NCBI RefSeq assembly: GCF_009914755.1
Contig: NC_060935.1
Origin: the human T2T-CHM13v2.0 reference genome, Homo sapiens
Reading direction: 5' to 3' (one strand)
DNA: 64,000 bases
Below the pieces are notes generated by a model. That model was not told the origin of the DNA. It saw nothing but the letters and a program-made list of their open reading frames with translations, and ran no database searches. The position numbers and the translations under genes were made by a program. Shown in pieces: positions 16,108 to 30,030 of the stretch. Position 1 is the stretch's first letter; every line of letters starts with the position of its first letter.

Positions 16108-16515
16108 TGTTATGAGTAGAATTGTTCCCCCCCTCAAATTAATATGTTGAACTAAATTGCAGTGCCTCAAAATATGACTTTATTTGGAGATAAGGTCTTT
16201 ATAGAGGTAATTATGTTAAAATGAGATTATTTGAGTGAACCCTAATCCAAAATAATTGATGTCCTTATAATAAAAGGGAAATGTTGACACATAAATGTGT
16301 ATAGGGAGAATGACATGTGAGTATGAAGGCAGCCATAACAAGCTAAGGAGAAAGACCTTGAACAGAGCCTTTCCTCACAGGCCTCAGAAAGAGCCAACCA
16401 CATCAACATCTTGGTTTCAGACTTCTTCTACCACCAGGACCACAAGATAAATTTCTGTTGTTTTAAGCCACTCAATTTTTAGAATTTTGTTATGGCAGCC
16501 CTAGCAGATGAATGT
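16108..16515 (+). mobile_element. MLT1 (MLT1B-like) MaLR solo LTR
   Basis: TGTTATGAGTAGAATTGTTCCCCC...TTTGGAGATAAGGTCTTT...ATAAATTTCTGTTGTTTTAAGCCAC...TTGTTATGGCAGCCCTAGCAGA. Confidence 0.85.
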
Positions 16516-19500
16516 GTGACTTTTTATTTGGACAATTATCTAGACTTACAAAAACACATAAATTCACAAATACTATATAAAATCTTAATGTATTTGTATT
16601 ATATCATAAATATTTCTATTTGCAAATGTTCACTCAGTTTACCCTTGTAAGAGGAGATAACTCACACCAATGATGCAGTTGTTGATCAAAACCATTTTAG
16701 AAACTAATTTTAGTTTTACTGTCGGCATCTGTCTAATAACTCTTATTTTCTGCTTCCCCTTGAACTGCAAGCACATGAGTGGACATATGCCCAAGACTGA
16801 CTGATCATGTTATCTCCTGCACCTAGCACTATGATTCATCTGGTCATGAAATGTCTTCAAAATAGATGCTTTTTTTGCCTTCCAAGAAACTTCTCCCAAT
16901 TTTAATAATCTATTTATTTCAAATAAATAATAAATTTATTTCAAATCAATTAATAATTATTTATTTCAAATTGTTTTCCTATAACTTACAACTGAAATGT
17001 AAAAGTCTTGGTCAATACCTTTTCTTAAAAAAAAAATCTTTCCTTCATAGTAATATCCACAAAGATTAAGTGTGGTTATAAATCTTAGATATTTTTAGAA
17101 CTGGAGTATTTAACATTATAGAATTGGAAATCTGGATCACCCTTCCATGACCACACAGTTATAAATAGAATTAGAATTAGAAACCAACCCTTATAAATTA
17201 GTTTAAAAAAACATATAAATTACCTCTTGGAGTAAAAGGTAGAAATAAAACTCACATATTCTAATTCCCAGTCTAATATTTGAATCCTCTTGATAAAAAA
17301 TATTAAATTAATATGTCATATTTACTATAACACCTTGCCTTCCATCTTGATGGAAAAAATAAATGATATTTAATTCTAAATATTCCAAATGAGGAAAATA
17401 GTAATGCTGTTTTGTTCTAGGCATGCGGCAGTTGTATAAAGTAATGGATCTACTTTCCTATGGAGTTTATAAATAGATTTTACAAAGTTCAAAAACAAAG
17501 ATGCTCCATAGTCTTGATTGGATGGCTGGCTACCAAATTTGTCATGCAGAAATAGTTAACATCAATAATAATATCTATGTAATAATATTCACTCTTATGA
17601 CAGCTTAGAAATATTGACATATTATATCCCAGACTTGTGCTTTCAGGTATACAAAAATACATTTCACTTGGCATAAGATTTCTTTTTAATATTCAAACCC
17701 TTTTTCTTGCATTGAATAGAACAATGTGGGGTGTGAGTGGCACAAGATAATCACTATAGAACAATTGTTCTTTTAGTTCAAATCTAGAATATGTATTCCT
17801 ATGTAGGGAAATAATACCTAAGGCTAAAGTCTCATACCAGATAAAATGCTGTTTCGATGATCACAAATCAAAGTTATCTCACAGGAATTATGTAAACTAA
17901 CAATTCTATTATTGTATACCAAGCACTGAGGGAAAAGTACTCATGAATTTATATCTATTAGATTTGCTTATTTTAATCCACTCAAAATATAAACAAATTA
18001 CATATAAAACAACTAAGACAATATTACATGAGGCAATTAATTTATAAATCATATTACCCTGACTTCTCTGCTACTACCAGATTTTTCCAGTTTTTATACC
18101 AAAGACCCACAGTTAAAATAGCTAAAATTTAATATGTACTTATTATCTACCAGGTATTCCTGTAAGCACTTTACAATGTATGTTTGTGCCAGAAAGTGCT
18201 GGTTGTCCCTAATATCTATTAATTACTTCCTCTACTGTAATAGAATCCTTTATCTTCAACACATGGCCACCCAGAATGAGGATTTCATTTCTAAGTTCTA
18301 ATTAATCGGGAGTTCATTGAAAACGTGGTACAATTTTCAGACTTGCCTTTAAAGGAGTGGCATCTCTATGTTGGCTGAAATGCTGATCTTTTTATGTGCC
18401 ACCTAGCAATAAATATCATAAGATAGTGGGAAAAAAATTTTAGAAAACTGAACCTGAGACCATTTCAGAAAGTAAGGCTACATATTACCCTGAAATTTTA
18501 TTTGAGGAAGAAATAAATTGCTATCACAGTAAGATTTCAGAATTGGGGGTTTCGGTTAAGCATATGTAGTTCATATGTACTAGTATAATCCAGTATGCCT
18601 CTATGAATTATAGGCCTTTTCTATAATAAAGTGTGTATCCATGTGAATTTTGTTTAAATTTTTGGGTATTCTTCTCCTTGCTGAAGTCCATTCATTTGCA
18701 TTTGAATCTGAGGTTAGAAATCATTGATTTAATGAATCTGTAAATTGCCTTGGGTACTATGGACATTTTAACAATATTAATTATTTTAATTCATGAACAG
18801 GATATTTTGCATTTACTTGTATCTTCTTCACTTTCTTTTATCAATATTTTATAGTTTTTAGTGTATAAATCTTCACCTCCTTGGTTAAATTTTCTATTTT
18901 ATTTTTTGATGCTATCGTAAATCAAATTTTTAAAAATTTCCTTTTCAGACAACTTGTTGTTATAGAAGTGCTACTGATTTCTGTATATTGATTTTGTAAC
19001 CTGCAACTTTACTTAAATTTATTAGTTCTAACAGTTTTTTGGTGGAGTCTTGAAAATTTTCTATGTATCAGGTCATGTCATCAGCAAACAGAGACAATTT
19101 TACTTCTTCCCTTCCTGAATGAATTATTTTTATTTTTTTTCTTCCCTAATATTCTGGCTAGAGCTTTTAGTATTATGTTGAATAAAAGTGGAGAAAGTCT
19201 TAAAATGTCCATGCAAACTAAGCTATCTACAAAGTCAATGAAATTCCTATTAAAATTCCAATGTCATTTTTCACAGAAATAAAGAAAAAAATCCTACAAT
19301 TTGTATGGAACCAGAAAAACCACGAATAGCCAAAGAAATTTTGAACAAAAGGAGCAAAGCTGTAGGCATCACAATCTCTTTTTTCAAAATACATTATAAA
19401 GCTATTTTAAGACATTATAATATATTATAATCAAAACACATGGTACTGCCATAAAAGTAGAGACATCAACCAATGAAGCAGGATAGACAGCCTGGAAATA

Positions 19501-19677
19501 AACTCAAGTATTTATAGCCAAGTGATTTTTGACAAAGATGTCAAGAACACACAGTGGAGAAAGGACAGTCTTTTCAATAAATTATGTTGGGACAACTGGA
19601 TATCAACACACAGAAAAATGAAATTGGGCCCTTCTATTACACTACATGCAAAAATAAACTTAAAATGGATTTTAAAT

Positions 19678-20913
19678 TTGATCCAGCAGTCTCACTTCTG
19701 GGTATCTACCCAGAGGAAAAGAAGTCATTATATGAAAAGGATACTTGCACACACGTTTATAGCAGCACAATTCACGATTGCAAAATCATGAAACCAATCC
19801 AAATGCCCATCAATCAACGAGTGAATAAAGAAACTGTAGTATATTTATACCATGGAATACTACTCAGCCATAAAAAGGAATGACTTAACGGCATTTGCAG
19901 CAACCTGGATGAGACCGGAGACTATTATTCTAAGTGAAGTAACCCAGGAATGGAAAACCAAACACCATATGTTCTCACTAATATGTGGGAGCTAAGCTAT
20001 GAGGATACAAAGGCATAAAGTGATACAATGGATTTGTGGACTTGGGGGGAATGGTGAGAGGCGGGGAGGGATAAAAAACTACAAATAGGGTGCAGTGTAT
20101 ACCGCTCAGGTGATGGGTGCACCAAAATCTCACAAATCACTGCTAAAGAACTTACTAATGTAAAGAAAGGATCTCACTATCTATTTAATTTCCTCTATAC
20201 AAAGGTAATTATTCATATGCTAATGAAGCAGCTTTGGTATGTGGTTACAAAAACTCCTGAAAATATAAAAATAATGTTACATTTATGGGTCACTGAAGAA
20301 TGTATCTAAATTTAACATTTAAAATGACTCATAAAATAAAATGCTGATCCTTATAAACATATCTCATTGTTTATAATTTTATTTTCAGAAAAACACAGCA
20401 CATAGTGCTCAGTCATTTTTATTAATAATAGTAATATTATTGCCTTAAAGGTACAAAAGCAGTACTTCCCCAAGTGGTTTCTTTCTGGAAATGTAGTTAT
20501 TTACTGTTAATTTTATCTTTTGACTTGATAGCAACATTTACATCATAATTATTCTTGTATTGTTGGCGGAAGCACCATGTCCGTCATTTATTGGCTGCCT
20601 CCCACCCTTGTTTTAGTTACACTCAATTTAATAAATTGTTGGGGTATACCCAAGTCCTCACCATTTTAACAATTTGTGCTAATGCATTTGGAAAAAATTT
20701 TACTTCCAACCTATAAATCCATTATCTGTGTTAACAGGAGGCATTTCTGAACACAGTACCAAGGCTCATTTTACCTTTTTACAGTTCTTTCTTAATGTTT
20801 GACCTTTATCAGAGTTATGTTTAAAGAAACATTAAAAATTTAATGTTAACAAAAAAAAAACTTACTGATGTAATCAAATGCCACCTCTACCCCAATAACT
20901 TATGGAAAAAAAA
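19678..20913 (+). mobile_element. L1PB (L1PB1-like) 3' fragment, split by a retroposed insert
   Basis: CTACCCAGAGGAAAAGAAGTCATTATATGAAAA...GGGTGCACCAAAATCTCACAAATCAC at 19678-20163. It resumes as CTTACTGATGTAATCAAATGCCACCTCTACCCCAATAACTTATGG plus polyA at 20861-20913. Possible TSD ATTTTAAAT (19669 / 20914). Confidence 0.85.
20164..20860 (+). pseudogene. Retroposed, 5'-truncated polyadenylated non-TE sequence (processed-pseudogene 3'UTR fragment or orphan 3' transduction); source unknown
   Basis: Flanked by TSD AACTTACTAATGTAA (20149-20163) / AACTTACTGATGTAA (20859-20873). ATTAAA at 20831 precedes an A10 tail at 20851. Confidence 0.75.
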
Positions 20914-23551
20914 ATTTTAAATGCTTAAACATAAGATCTGAAATTTCACAGCTACTAGAAGTCAACATAGAGAAAATCTCCATGACATTGGTTTTGGCAC
21001 TGACTTCATAGATACAACATGAAAAATACAGGCAACTAAAGCAAAAATAGACAAATGTGATGGTATCAAATTAAAATGTTTCTGCATAGCAGAGTAAACA
21101 ACAGAGTGGAGTGACAACAAATGGATTGGAAGAAAATATTTGCAGACCACATATCTGTTAAGGAGCTAATATCCAAAATGTATAAAGAACTCAAATAACT
21201 CAATTGAAAAAAAACTATTAATAATGGGCAAATGATCTGAATATACATTTATCAATAGAGGACATACAAATGGCCAACAGATTCATGAAAAAATGCTCAA
21301 CATCTCTATTTTGGAAATGCAAATTAAAAACAAAATGAGATATCACCTCATACCTGCTAGAATGGCTACTATAAAAAAGATGTATAAGTGTTGATGAGGA
21401 TGTGGAGAAAAGGAACTCTTGTACACTATTGGTGGAAATGTAAATCAGTACAATCATTTTGGAGAATACATGTAGGTTCCTCAAAAAACTAAAAATATAA
21501 TTACCATATGATCCAGCAATCCCATGTCTGAATATGTTTCCAAGGAGATTGAAATCAGTATGGTAAAAAGATATTTGCACTTCCATTTTCATTTCAGCAT
21601 TATTAAAAATAGCCAAGATTTGAGAGTAATGTAAGTGTCCATCAACAATTGAAAGGATAAAGAAAATTTGGTATAGACACAATGGAATATAATAAACCTT
21701 AAAAGAGAATGAAATGCTGTCATTTGTAACAACACGTATAGAACTGGAGGACATTATGTTAAGAGAAATAAGGCAGGCAGAGAAAGATAACTGCTTATAG
21801 TCTCCCATGTACGTAGAATCTAAAAAAGTTGGTATCATAAAAACAGAGCGGTTAGGGGAGGCCAAGGGATAGGGAAAGTGGAGATGCTGATAAAAGGATA
21901 CAAAGTTGTAGTTAGACTAGAGGAATAACTTTTAGTGATCTATTGTACTGCACAGTGACTGCAGTTAGTAATTATGTATTGTAAATTTTAAATTGTTAAA
22001 GAAATAGATTTCTAACATTCTCACCCCAAATAAATGGTGCTGTTAGTGAGCTGATAGGTAAGTTAATTAGCTTTATTGAATCTTATCTACGACATATACA
22101 TAGATCAAAACATCACATTGTACTTCATAAATGTACACAACTATTATTTTTCAATCAAAAAGAAAGAAAAGAACAAAAGAAGGAAGGAAGGGAGGGAGGG
22201 AGGAAAATAAAAGAATCATTGGTATAATGGATGAATGACTTTCCCATTAACAAAATGTTACTTAAAAATAATGTTAATCTTGAATACCCTTAGCTTTCAA
22301 GCCTTGATAGTTGGTACTGCAAAAAAAAAAAAAGTCATTAAAAACAGTATATATGTACATATTTATTTAAAAATACCACTTAAAAACAGCATATACATGT
22401 TAAAACATGTATTTGTTAAAAACACACACACACATATATATATATAATATTTGTTGTACATAAAACAAACTATTTTCAAATAAACTAACTTGCTTGGTTA
22501 TTGATAAGGCCTAGAAATAGTCTGTGGGGAGCTTTAGCACCTGCCCGTAAATAATCTACATAAAATCCAAAGGTGAGATCAAATATTGTTTCATAAAGTA
22601 GTACTATTTCATAAACACATTGACATTTTTAAAATTTTACATAAAACCAAAAAGAAGCATTTTAGAAGGTGTACTTGCTCTTTTTATTCGTATTATATAA
22701 CCTAAATAAAAAGAGAGTGCCTTCTAGGCACATCCAGATTTAAAACTGCCTTGACTGACCCTTCCACCAGACTGCTGCTCCCAAAATCAAGCTATACAGA
22801 AATTTTGAGCTGTCACTAGGAAATAGCTGCTAAAAGTCGGCAAAGCAAAGACAACTTGGTTGAGAAAATATGAGTGCTTGGCATCACAATTTACACAAAT
22901 AAGAATTTGTATTCCATTTATTTTATTTTCTTTCTGTTTTCCATCTCCAGAATATAGAGGAGGTAACAGTCTTTGGAGGGTAGTAGGGCAGAAAAGTGAA
23001 TTAAATCCTTCCCCATGATTCAGTCAGACAACTCAGGCTGAGTGAACAGAGCCTGTGGTCAAGTCAGAAAACATGTGACTGCTTCAAAGATAAGTGGCTC
23101 TAGTCTTTTGATGTTCAGTAAGGGTTTCCAGCTCTAAAATTCTATAATTTCTTATAAAACCAAAAGAACTAGCTAAGACACAGGGGAGATGACAAATAAA
23201 AAGTAAAAATTGATGAGAATAACATACACCTTTAAAATATTTAGCATTACATCTAAAAAAGTGACCTATGATGAAGATTAATTTATATCAGATACATTAT
23301 TATATATCTGATAAAGTAAACATATAAGAAACGTAATATAGTACATTATATAATACCCAAAAATGTTGCAATCTACCTACAAATATCAATACAAATGCAA
23401 ATATAAATATGACAATTAGACTATAGTTGAGAACTATGCCCAAAGACGTTATGTAGATCCTGCTTTGGGCATGAATTGTTATAATTTCCAAAATGATTAT
23501 CTGATGATCTGATGATCTCATGGCAGTATCACTAACTTTAAAGAGATTATT

Positions 23552-23577
23552 ACACACACACACACACACACACACAT
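23552..23577. repeat. (CA)n microsatellite
   Basis: About 12 perfect AC units. Confidence 0.95.
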
Positions 23578-26059
23578 ATTTGAGCATATATTTATATATA
23601 CACACATATATACACATATATATGTGTATATAAGGCTATATGTTTTATATAGTTATGTGAACAAAATAAAGAAAATGCCATACTATAACTATACAAAATT
23701 GGCCCATTAATCAAGCCTAGAAACATTCAGATGATAAAGTGAATTGCTGAATTATAAGTAATGTTTCCCTGAGGAATTATAATAATTATAATAAATAAAT
23801 TATAGACATCCAGCAATAATCTTAAATAGCTATTACCATGGACATCTTTTCACTCAGGCAAACAGACAGCATAGTCACCATAAAACATGTACTTGCATTT
23901 CAACAGAACATGTCAACCTGGAGTGATAATGATGAGGTCTCTGCATTGACTGTTCAGCATGTCTGGTATTGTAGAGAATACACAGGGTAAAAACTTGAGA
24001 GGTTTATTCATCAGGCTGAAAAAGAGTTATGATCTTAACAGCTCACAACATATTTCCTCTTAAGGAATTAATTATACTTGTGTTAAGAAATCATTTTCAA
24101 AATCACTTGGCATGTATGGTGAGACATTGAAGGCATCGGTAGACAGTAAGTGACAAGACGTCAAAAAAGACAGTTAAACTGCATACATTAGAAATGAACG
24201 GAAAGATAGGATTAGAGGAAAATTTAATAGAAGGAGAGGAGAGAAAGCCAAGGACAATGATGCAATGGCCAAAGACTTTTTAGGACAAGCATATTTAAGG
24301 TATCATTAGACCTACACATATCTTGTTATTTATACTGCCTTTGAGGAATCTGAGCAGCTCATATTCTCATACTTATAACTATCTTCCTCATTGTCCATGA
24401 ATTTAGCTTATCAGATTACCTCTTTGCTCTTGGAATGAGTTATTTTCCATAAATTTCCTGAGTGCATTTTACAAATAGATCCTTGGCAGTTCGGCTATAC
24501 CAGCTGTCTGGAGAGGTCAGTTACTCTGAATTCCCTAACGGTAAGCAACATGACGGTTCAAATTGGGCTCCCAGCTTGTTAAATCCCAGTTCAAATCATT
24601 GCCCATCTTAACTTTTAAAGATTAATCTCAGGAATAAGAAGTTGTCTTTTCTGTGTTGATCATGACCTTCCTTTGAGGCAACAGTGGGGAGATAGGGACT
24701 CAAATTCAGAATGTTTATGAAAATAATTACAATGTGACAATGTGTGTCCAATCCCTTTCTTGGAAAACAGGGCAGGAGAAGCAATGGGAGAGAGAAAGAT
24801 CAGAAGATAAGTGTTGTTGACTGTAGGTATGAGTGATATCAAAACCAAGGGGGTAGAGAGGGATGAGAGTCAACTGGGTGAGGTATCACGCAAGGTTCCT
24901 AAAGCAGAGAGGGACTCTAAATAAGCTATCCAAGAAAAAGCCTAAGCCAGAAACAAAATTTGAGTGTAGAAATTGGACAGTCTGAGGGGAACAAAAAGAT
25001 AAAACATACAAAGTGATAGGACAATCTAGTGGTGATAGTTCGATTCTGGGTAGAACTTAAAGAGACTTGAAGGATGACCATTTTTCAAAGACCAGATAAT
25101 GACGTTGATAATGCAAGCGTAATATAATGAAATTTAAATCTGCTGCACAACCCTGAACATAAACTAACTACATCATTCATTGCTCACAAAAGAGACATCT
25201 AATATTTGGAAAGTACTAGTTTTGTTGGGGTTGAGATACAAGATAATCATCTCCTTGAATATACCTTTCTTAGGGACTTTCAAAGTTTATTTTGACTATG
25301 TCTAAGGTTTGTCACTAGCCACCACATGTGAGACTGAACAGGTGGAAAGATAGACATGTAATCATACTAAATTCTCTAGTCCCATTATTGTTAACATACT
25401 CAATATAATTAACAATGAGGGTAATGTAATTCTCTGAAAATGTTTGTTTCTTGAACAAAAGGGTGTATAGATTTAACATATTTTAGTAATATGATTCTTC
25501 TCTGCCTCAGAAAACATTCTGATAACATTTAAATAAGTTAGACTGAAAATCATTCTATATTTAAAGGAAAATGACAAGGATCATCTCTCTCAAGTATGCA
25601 GAATATAATATTTGCTATTTATTTTTGTCCTTGAATTTAAAAAAATATTATCAATTGTATAATTTGGTGAGTGATCAAAATTTTTTTAATCTACATAGAA
25701 TCACACCTACATAGAATCACACTAAGAAAACATAAGTTGATTTTATAGTACAGTTATTTGAGCTATCTATTTTGCTAGACTGTAAAATTTATGAGAGTAG
25801 GGACCACATCTGGTTTTCTGATTTAGCACACCATTACAAAGTATAGGTTAAAACATGTTAAATGAGTCAGTAGCTCTCCTTATATCAGATGCGTGGAAAA
25901 AAAAAAAAAAACTCAATAATTAGAATTATTTTTAAACCACAAATTTTGTTAAATAAATTTCCCTGAAATGAATGAGAGCATTAGCATTTTGCACTTAAAT
26001 TCAAAATATTAAGTATTGATGATGTATCACACAGATACATAATCAAAAGGTTTTTTTTT

Positions 26060-26390
26060 GATCATTCGGTTAATATGTATATGGTGTTTTCTATGTGTCA
26101 TGCTTTTGTCTAGGCTTTGTGGATACAGCTATAAATACAAGATTCTGAATTCCTGAAATTCATATTTTAAAAAGGAAGACATAATAATCAAATAAATATA
26201 AAATACAATTTTAGGTAGTATGATTGGTGCTATGAGAAAAATTAGAACAAAAGAAGGAGCCAGAGAGAAATAATCATATAAATTGAGAGGGGATTGTCAG
26301 ATACAGATATTCTGAATAATGGACATCTGAATAAAGGACAGAATGAGTAATATCTGGGACATAATCATTACAGACAGACAGAACAGCAAG
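26060..26390 (-). mobile_element. L2 3' fragment (decayed)
   Basis: TCATTC...CTATGTGTCA...CTAGGC...GGATACAGC...GTGCTATGAGAAAAA pattern, typical of an antisense L2 3' end. Confidence 0.5.
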
Positions 26391-27155
26391 AGACTGTCCT
26401 CAATCATCTTCTCATCTAGTTTCCAAATAATGGAGACAATAAACACAAATGCAGTCTAAAGAGAGATCAAAGAATACATTTACTAACAGCTAAGAAAATG
26501 TTCAATTATCCCTAAATTTAGGATTTCTGGAATGATGAATTAGAGAGTATGGATTTAAATTGGTATTACAATGGACCATCTTACTCTCTCCTTGAATCTA
26601 AACCTTGAAGCATACTGATGGGGACCACAGTTTGATATCACAAGTTTCATCTACTTTGCCAGGCACCTGCTCATGCACCAAATTGCCTGCAAAGTGGACA
26701 GCTCAAGAATGCCAAGTGAAATTCTGAGAGGGAATGACAGGTTACATTATGGCAGGTCAGGGAATTGATCTATCTTTTTCTGATGGTGTGTTAACTGCAT
26801 GGATGCAATGTATATTGGAGAAGATAAGATAATATGTGTACCCACTGGAGAGTGAATATAACATAATTCAAACAAGAGACTATGTCTTACATGAGCAGTG
26901 ACTTTCTGAATACAGCACACCCACCAGTAGGAGAAACATGGCCTATTGACAAGTTCTCACCAGTCCAATTATTTGTTCTTATTGCTAAAAGGAAAAGTAA
27001 GGGGAAAGGTGGGATAGGAAGATATTACAGAAATTTCCTTAAGTATTTCTTCAGACAAGCTAAAGTGAAACTATTAGACAAAAGTTTACCTTCAACATTC
27101 CTCAAATATTGTTCTTTTATCCCAACAGACAATGACAACACCTATGGTCAACCAG

Positions 27156-27157
<2 letters not shown>

Positions 27158-27193
<36 letters not shown>
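27158..27193. repeat. (TG)n microsatellite
   Basis: About 17-18 perfect GT units. Confidence 0.95.
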
Positions 27194-27195
<2 letters not shown>

Positions 27196-27479
27196 ACATA
27201 CATTGACGAAAAGACCAACAACAAATCATGGTTGTTCTGAAGTTCCCTTTATCATGTTGTCCCCTAATCTCTACTACCAGTAAGCCTTTGTGTTATCCTA
27301 GGATGAGGCATGAGTGGTTCAGTGTTTATAATAAGATGAGTCTAAAATGGACAATAAAGGGATTTTAGTTATATATTATTTTATTTTTTGTCTTAAATTT
27401 TCCTTGTCATGTAGTCCAGTGTGTCTGGTCAGAGGATATAGGACAACCAACACTATGAAGTGGAATGAAAGTATTCCAG

Positions 27480-27620
27480 GGCCAGGTGCAGTGGCTCATG
27501 CCTATAATTCTAGCACACTGGGAGGCTGAAGCGGGAGGATTGCTTGAAGCCAGGAGTTAGAGACTAGCCTGGGCAAAAAAGTGAGACCACCCCCCAACCC
27601 AAATCCATAAAAAAAAAAAA
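27480..27620 (+). mobile_element. Alu left monomer (FLAM_C-like)
   Basis: GGCCAGGTGCAGTGGCTCATGCCTATAAT...GGAGGATTGCTTGAAGCCAGGAGTT followed by an A tail; a single arm only. Confidence 0.85.
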
Positions 27621-30030
27621 TAGTATTTAAAATAATATAACTTTTGCAATATAAAAAGTACATAGGGAAAAAAATCAAACCTCTCAATAAGAAAATTTAA
27701 GTCTGAAAAAATTAAATGACTGACTATAGTCAAAAGACATTCAAATCAGACGTTTTTAACTATTTAATATCTTAGTATGCTCAGTCTCCACCCAAAGAAT
27801 TTCTCTCAAATAATATCCGAGTTTCTCTGCACAACTCTGACTCCTTCAGCATCTTTAGATGGATATCACAAATTATCTCTTCAACTACACATGCTTCTTC
27901 TCTGTAAAAAATGCAAAAATAATTATAGTACTTTAAAAAATTATGCTAAGCAGGATTTTGTTTTCAGAAACTAGGACTTAAAAGAGTTTAGATCGTCATT
28001 TTAAAAAAAAAACCATAGCAAAGACATCTGGATGGTATTTTGGAAAAATGGGAATTAGAAAAAAACAAAGGCATGTAAAGAATCTGAAATGCACTTATAT
28101 TCTTTCAAAACTTAAACATTCCCAAATATGTCACATCTAGACACCAAGTCTTACTGAGGCCTCCTTCCTCCCCACGGTGTATTTCTCCCATCAATATTTA
28201 ATTTTTTTGGTCCAATCCAAAAAGAGTCTTATTTAAATGGAATCTGGTTTCCTTTGTAATAGTTGCCCTCTGGAAGACTCAAACTTTCTCATTTATTCTG
28301 CATTTTTAGAAGAATCTGAATCAATATAACCACAAAATGGCTGCTACCACCTTTTTCCCAATACTCTGCAACCACCTCCCTCCAATACACCAAATATGCT
28401 GGAGATCAGGTAGGAGGGAGGGTGTCCTACTGGTTCTATTTGATGGGAAAACTAGAAACAAGAAAATAAAAACAAAGTGAAAACCTTTTAATCAGCAAAG
28501 CATATGCCTACTAACCCCAAAGCACACAGTGTTCATGGTAAAAGTGGATTTAAGAATGTGGTTTAGATAGACATCAAACAGGATCCTTATATATTCACCC
28601 ATGTTTATAGTCTGGAACACTCAACCTAAGGAAGGAGCTGAATTTGCCAGGTACAAATAATTCAGATCTTCCACATTTACCAGTTACTTACAGGAAAAGG
28701 AGAGAGGAAGACAATGAGAGAAACTGACAGAAAACCCATCCAAAGATAGGAAAAGAGAAAGGAGACAAAGAGAAACACAGAACAGATGAAGGGATAGAGA
28801 CAGGTAAAAAGAGAGACAGAGAGAGAGATGAGGGGTGGGTAATTGAGGATATTCGGCCTGCCTTTAGAAAGCAACTGTAGGACTTTGACCCAAGTGTTCG
28901 TACCACATGGAAGCAGAAAACAGAGAAGAGTCCTTACACTGATCTTCCTACTCATCTATGAGGTGGTCAGAGCAAGGAGAATGGTAAAGTATATTTCCAA
29001 TGTTGCTCACTCTACATCCGTGTTTCACAAATTATATTAACTACTCTTTATCTTATGAGCAGGGACAATAAAGATTCCTAGAAGATGGAAACTGCCTTCT
29101 TAGCATGATGCCAGAGGACACACGGTCTAGAGAAATGCTCTCCTCTGAGAGCCCAGATAGGAATGTAGGAAAAGGAAAAAGATTTCGTCCACCATACACA
29201 GCACTTTGCAGATTTTAACGTGGATTTCTATGACAGGTTGTATAACAGTGTCTGCAGCCATGAACAGAAAAGTGACTGAAAAATAGAAATGTTGGAGAAC
29301 TTTATGCAGAGGAGGTAACAATTGTAAGAAGCTATAAAAATTAAGTAGGATTTTCATCAGGTTGTCAAATGAAAAAGACCATTCTAGGTAATAAGAGCAA
29401 AAACCTAGGGATATAAACTATATGTCTTGTTTAGCAAATAACGAGATTCAGTCAGAAAATGGTCGTGTGACTGGAATTGATAGAGAAGGAGAAATGGAGA
29501 GGTGGTGTATGCCTGTGAGTGTGCCGAGGTATGTAAAGAAGGCTACTTGTTATTATGATGTGGTTATTTTAAATGTCATACTAAGAATTTATATCTTAAT
29601 CTTCAGCAATGGAAAACCAATAAAGGAATGTTCAGTAGAGGAATGACAGAATATGATGAGTGATTTAAGAAAAAATATCTTTGGTGGCCATTTCAAATGT
29701 GAGAAAGAAAAACTAAAGTTGAGGTGATCACAAAGTCTTTCTGGCCCAGGCAATCTCATCTACATCACTGGTACAATGGTCCCCATGAGGTATGAGGTTT
29801 TATATTTTCACGAGACAGAACCTCTCTGACAACTTTGGGCCTCTGTAGCTTTTGGTAATGCTCTGAATGAGTCTTTGACAAATCTAGCTATGATACCAGC
29901 AGAGTTCAAGGCTTTATGTAATAGGCCAAAGACAATGGGGAAGATCTAGACTCAGAGAGTTGCAGTGAATAACATTCCCAATTGACAAACTTAATCATCC
30001 TGTTCTTTGTGCCTAGTGACCAGCTACAAA

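Larger units (their letters stand above)
18735..22205 (+). mobile_element. L1MA (about MA6/7) with an inverted 5' part (18735-19198), interrupted by an L1PB insertion
   Basis: Antisense ORF2 followed by sense ORF2 from ~19200. The L1MA 3' end is at ~22160, followed by a GA-rich decayed tail. Degenerate TSD AGAAATCATTGATTTAATG (18716) / AGAATCATTGGTATAATG (22212). Confidence 0.8.

Noticed and set aside
18185-18590. Possible very old MLT1J/K-type LTR, and MIR pieces near 6300-7150, 36760-36900, 55380-55570 and 59660-59810
   Set aside because: Too decayed to set boundaries or family reliably by eye.
21218-21865. 215-aa minus-strand ORF
   Set aside because: Antisense reading of the L1MA ORF2 end and 3'UTR.
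26882-27283. 133-aa ORF
   Set aside because: Runs through the (TG)n repeat (VCVC tract) and has no recognisable domain.
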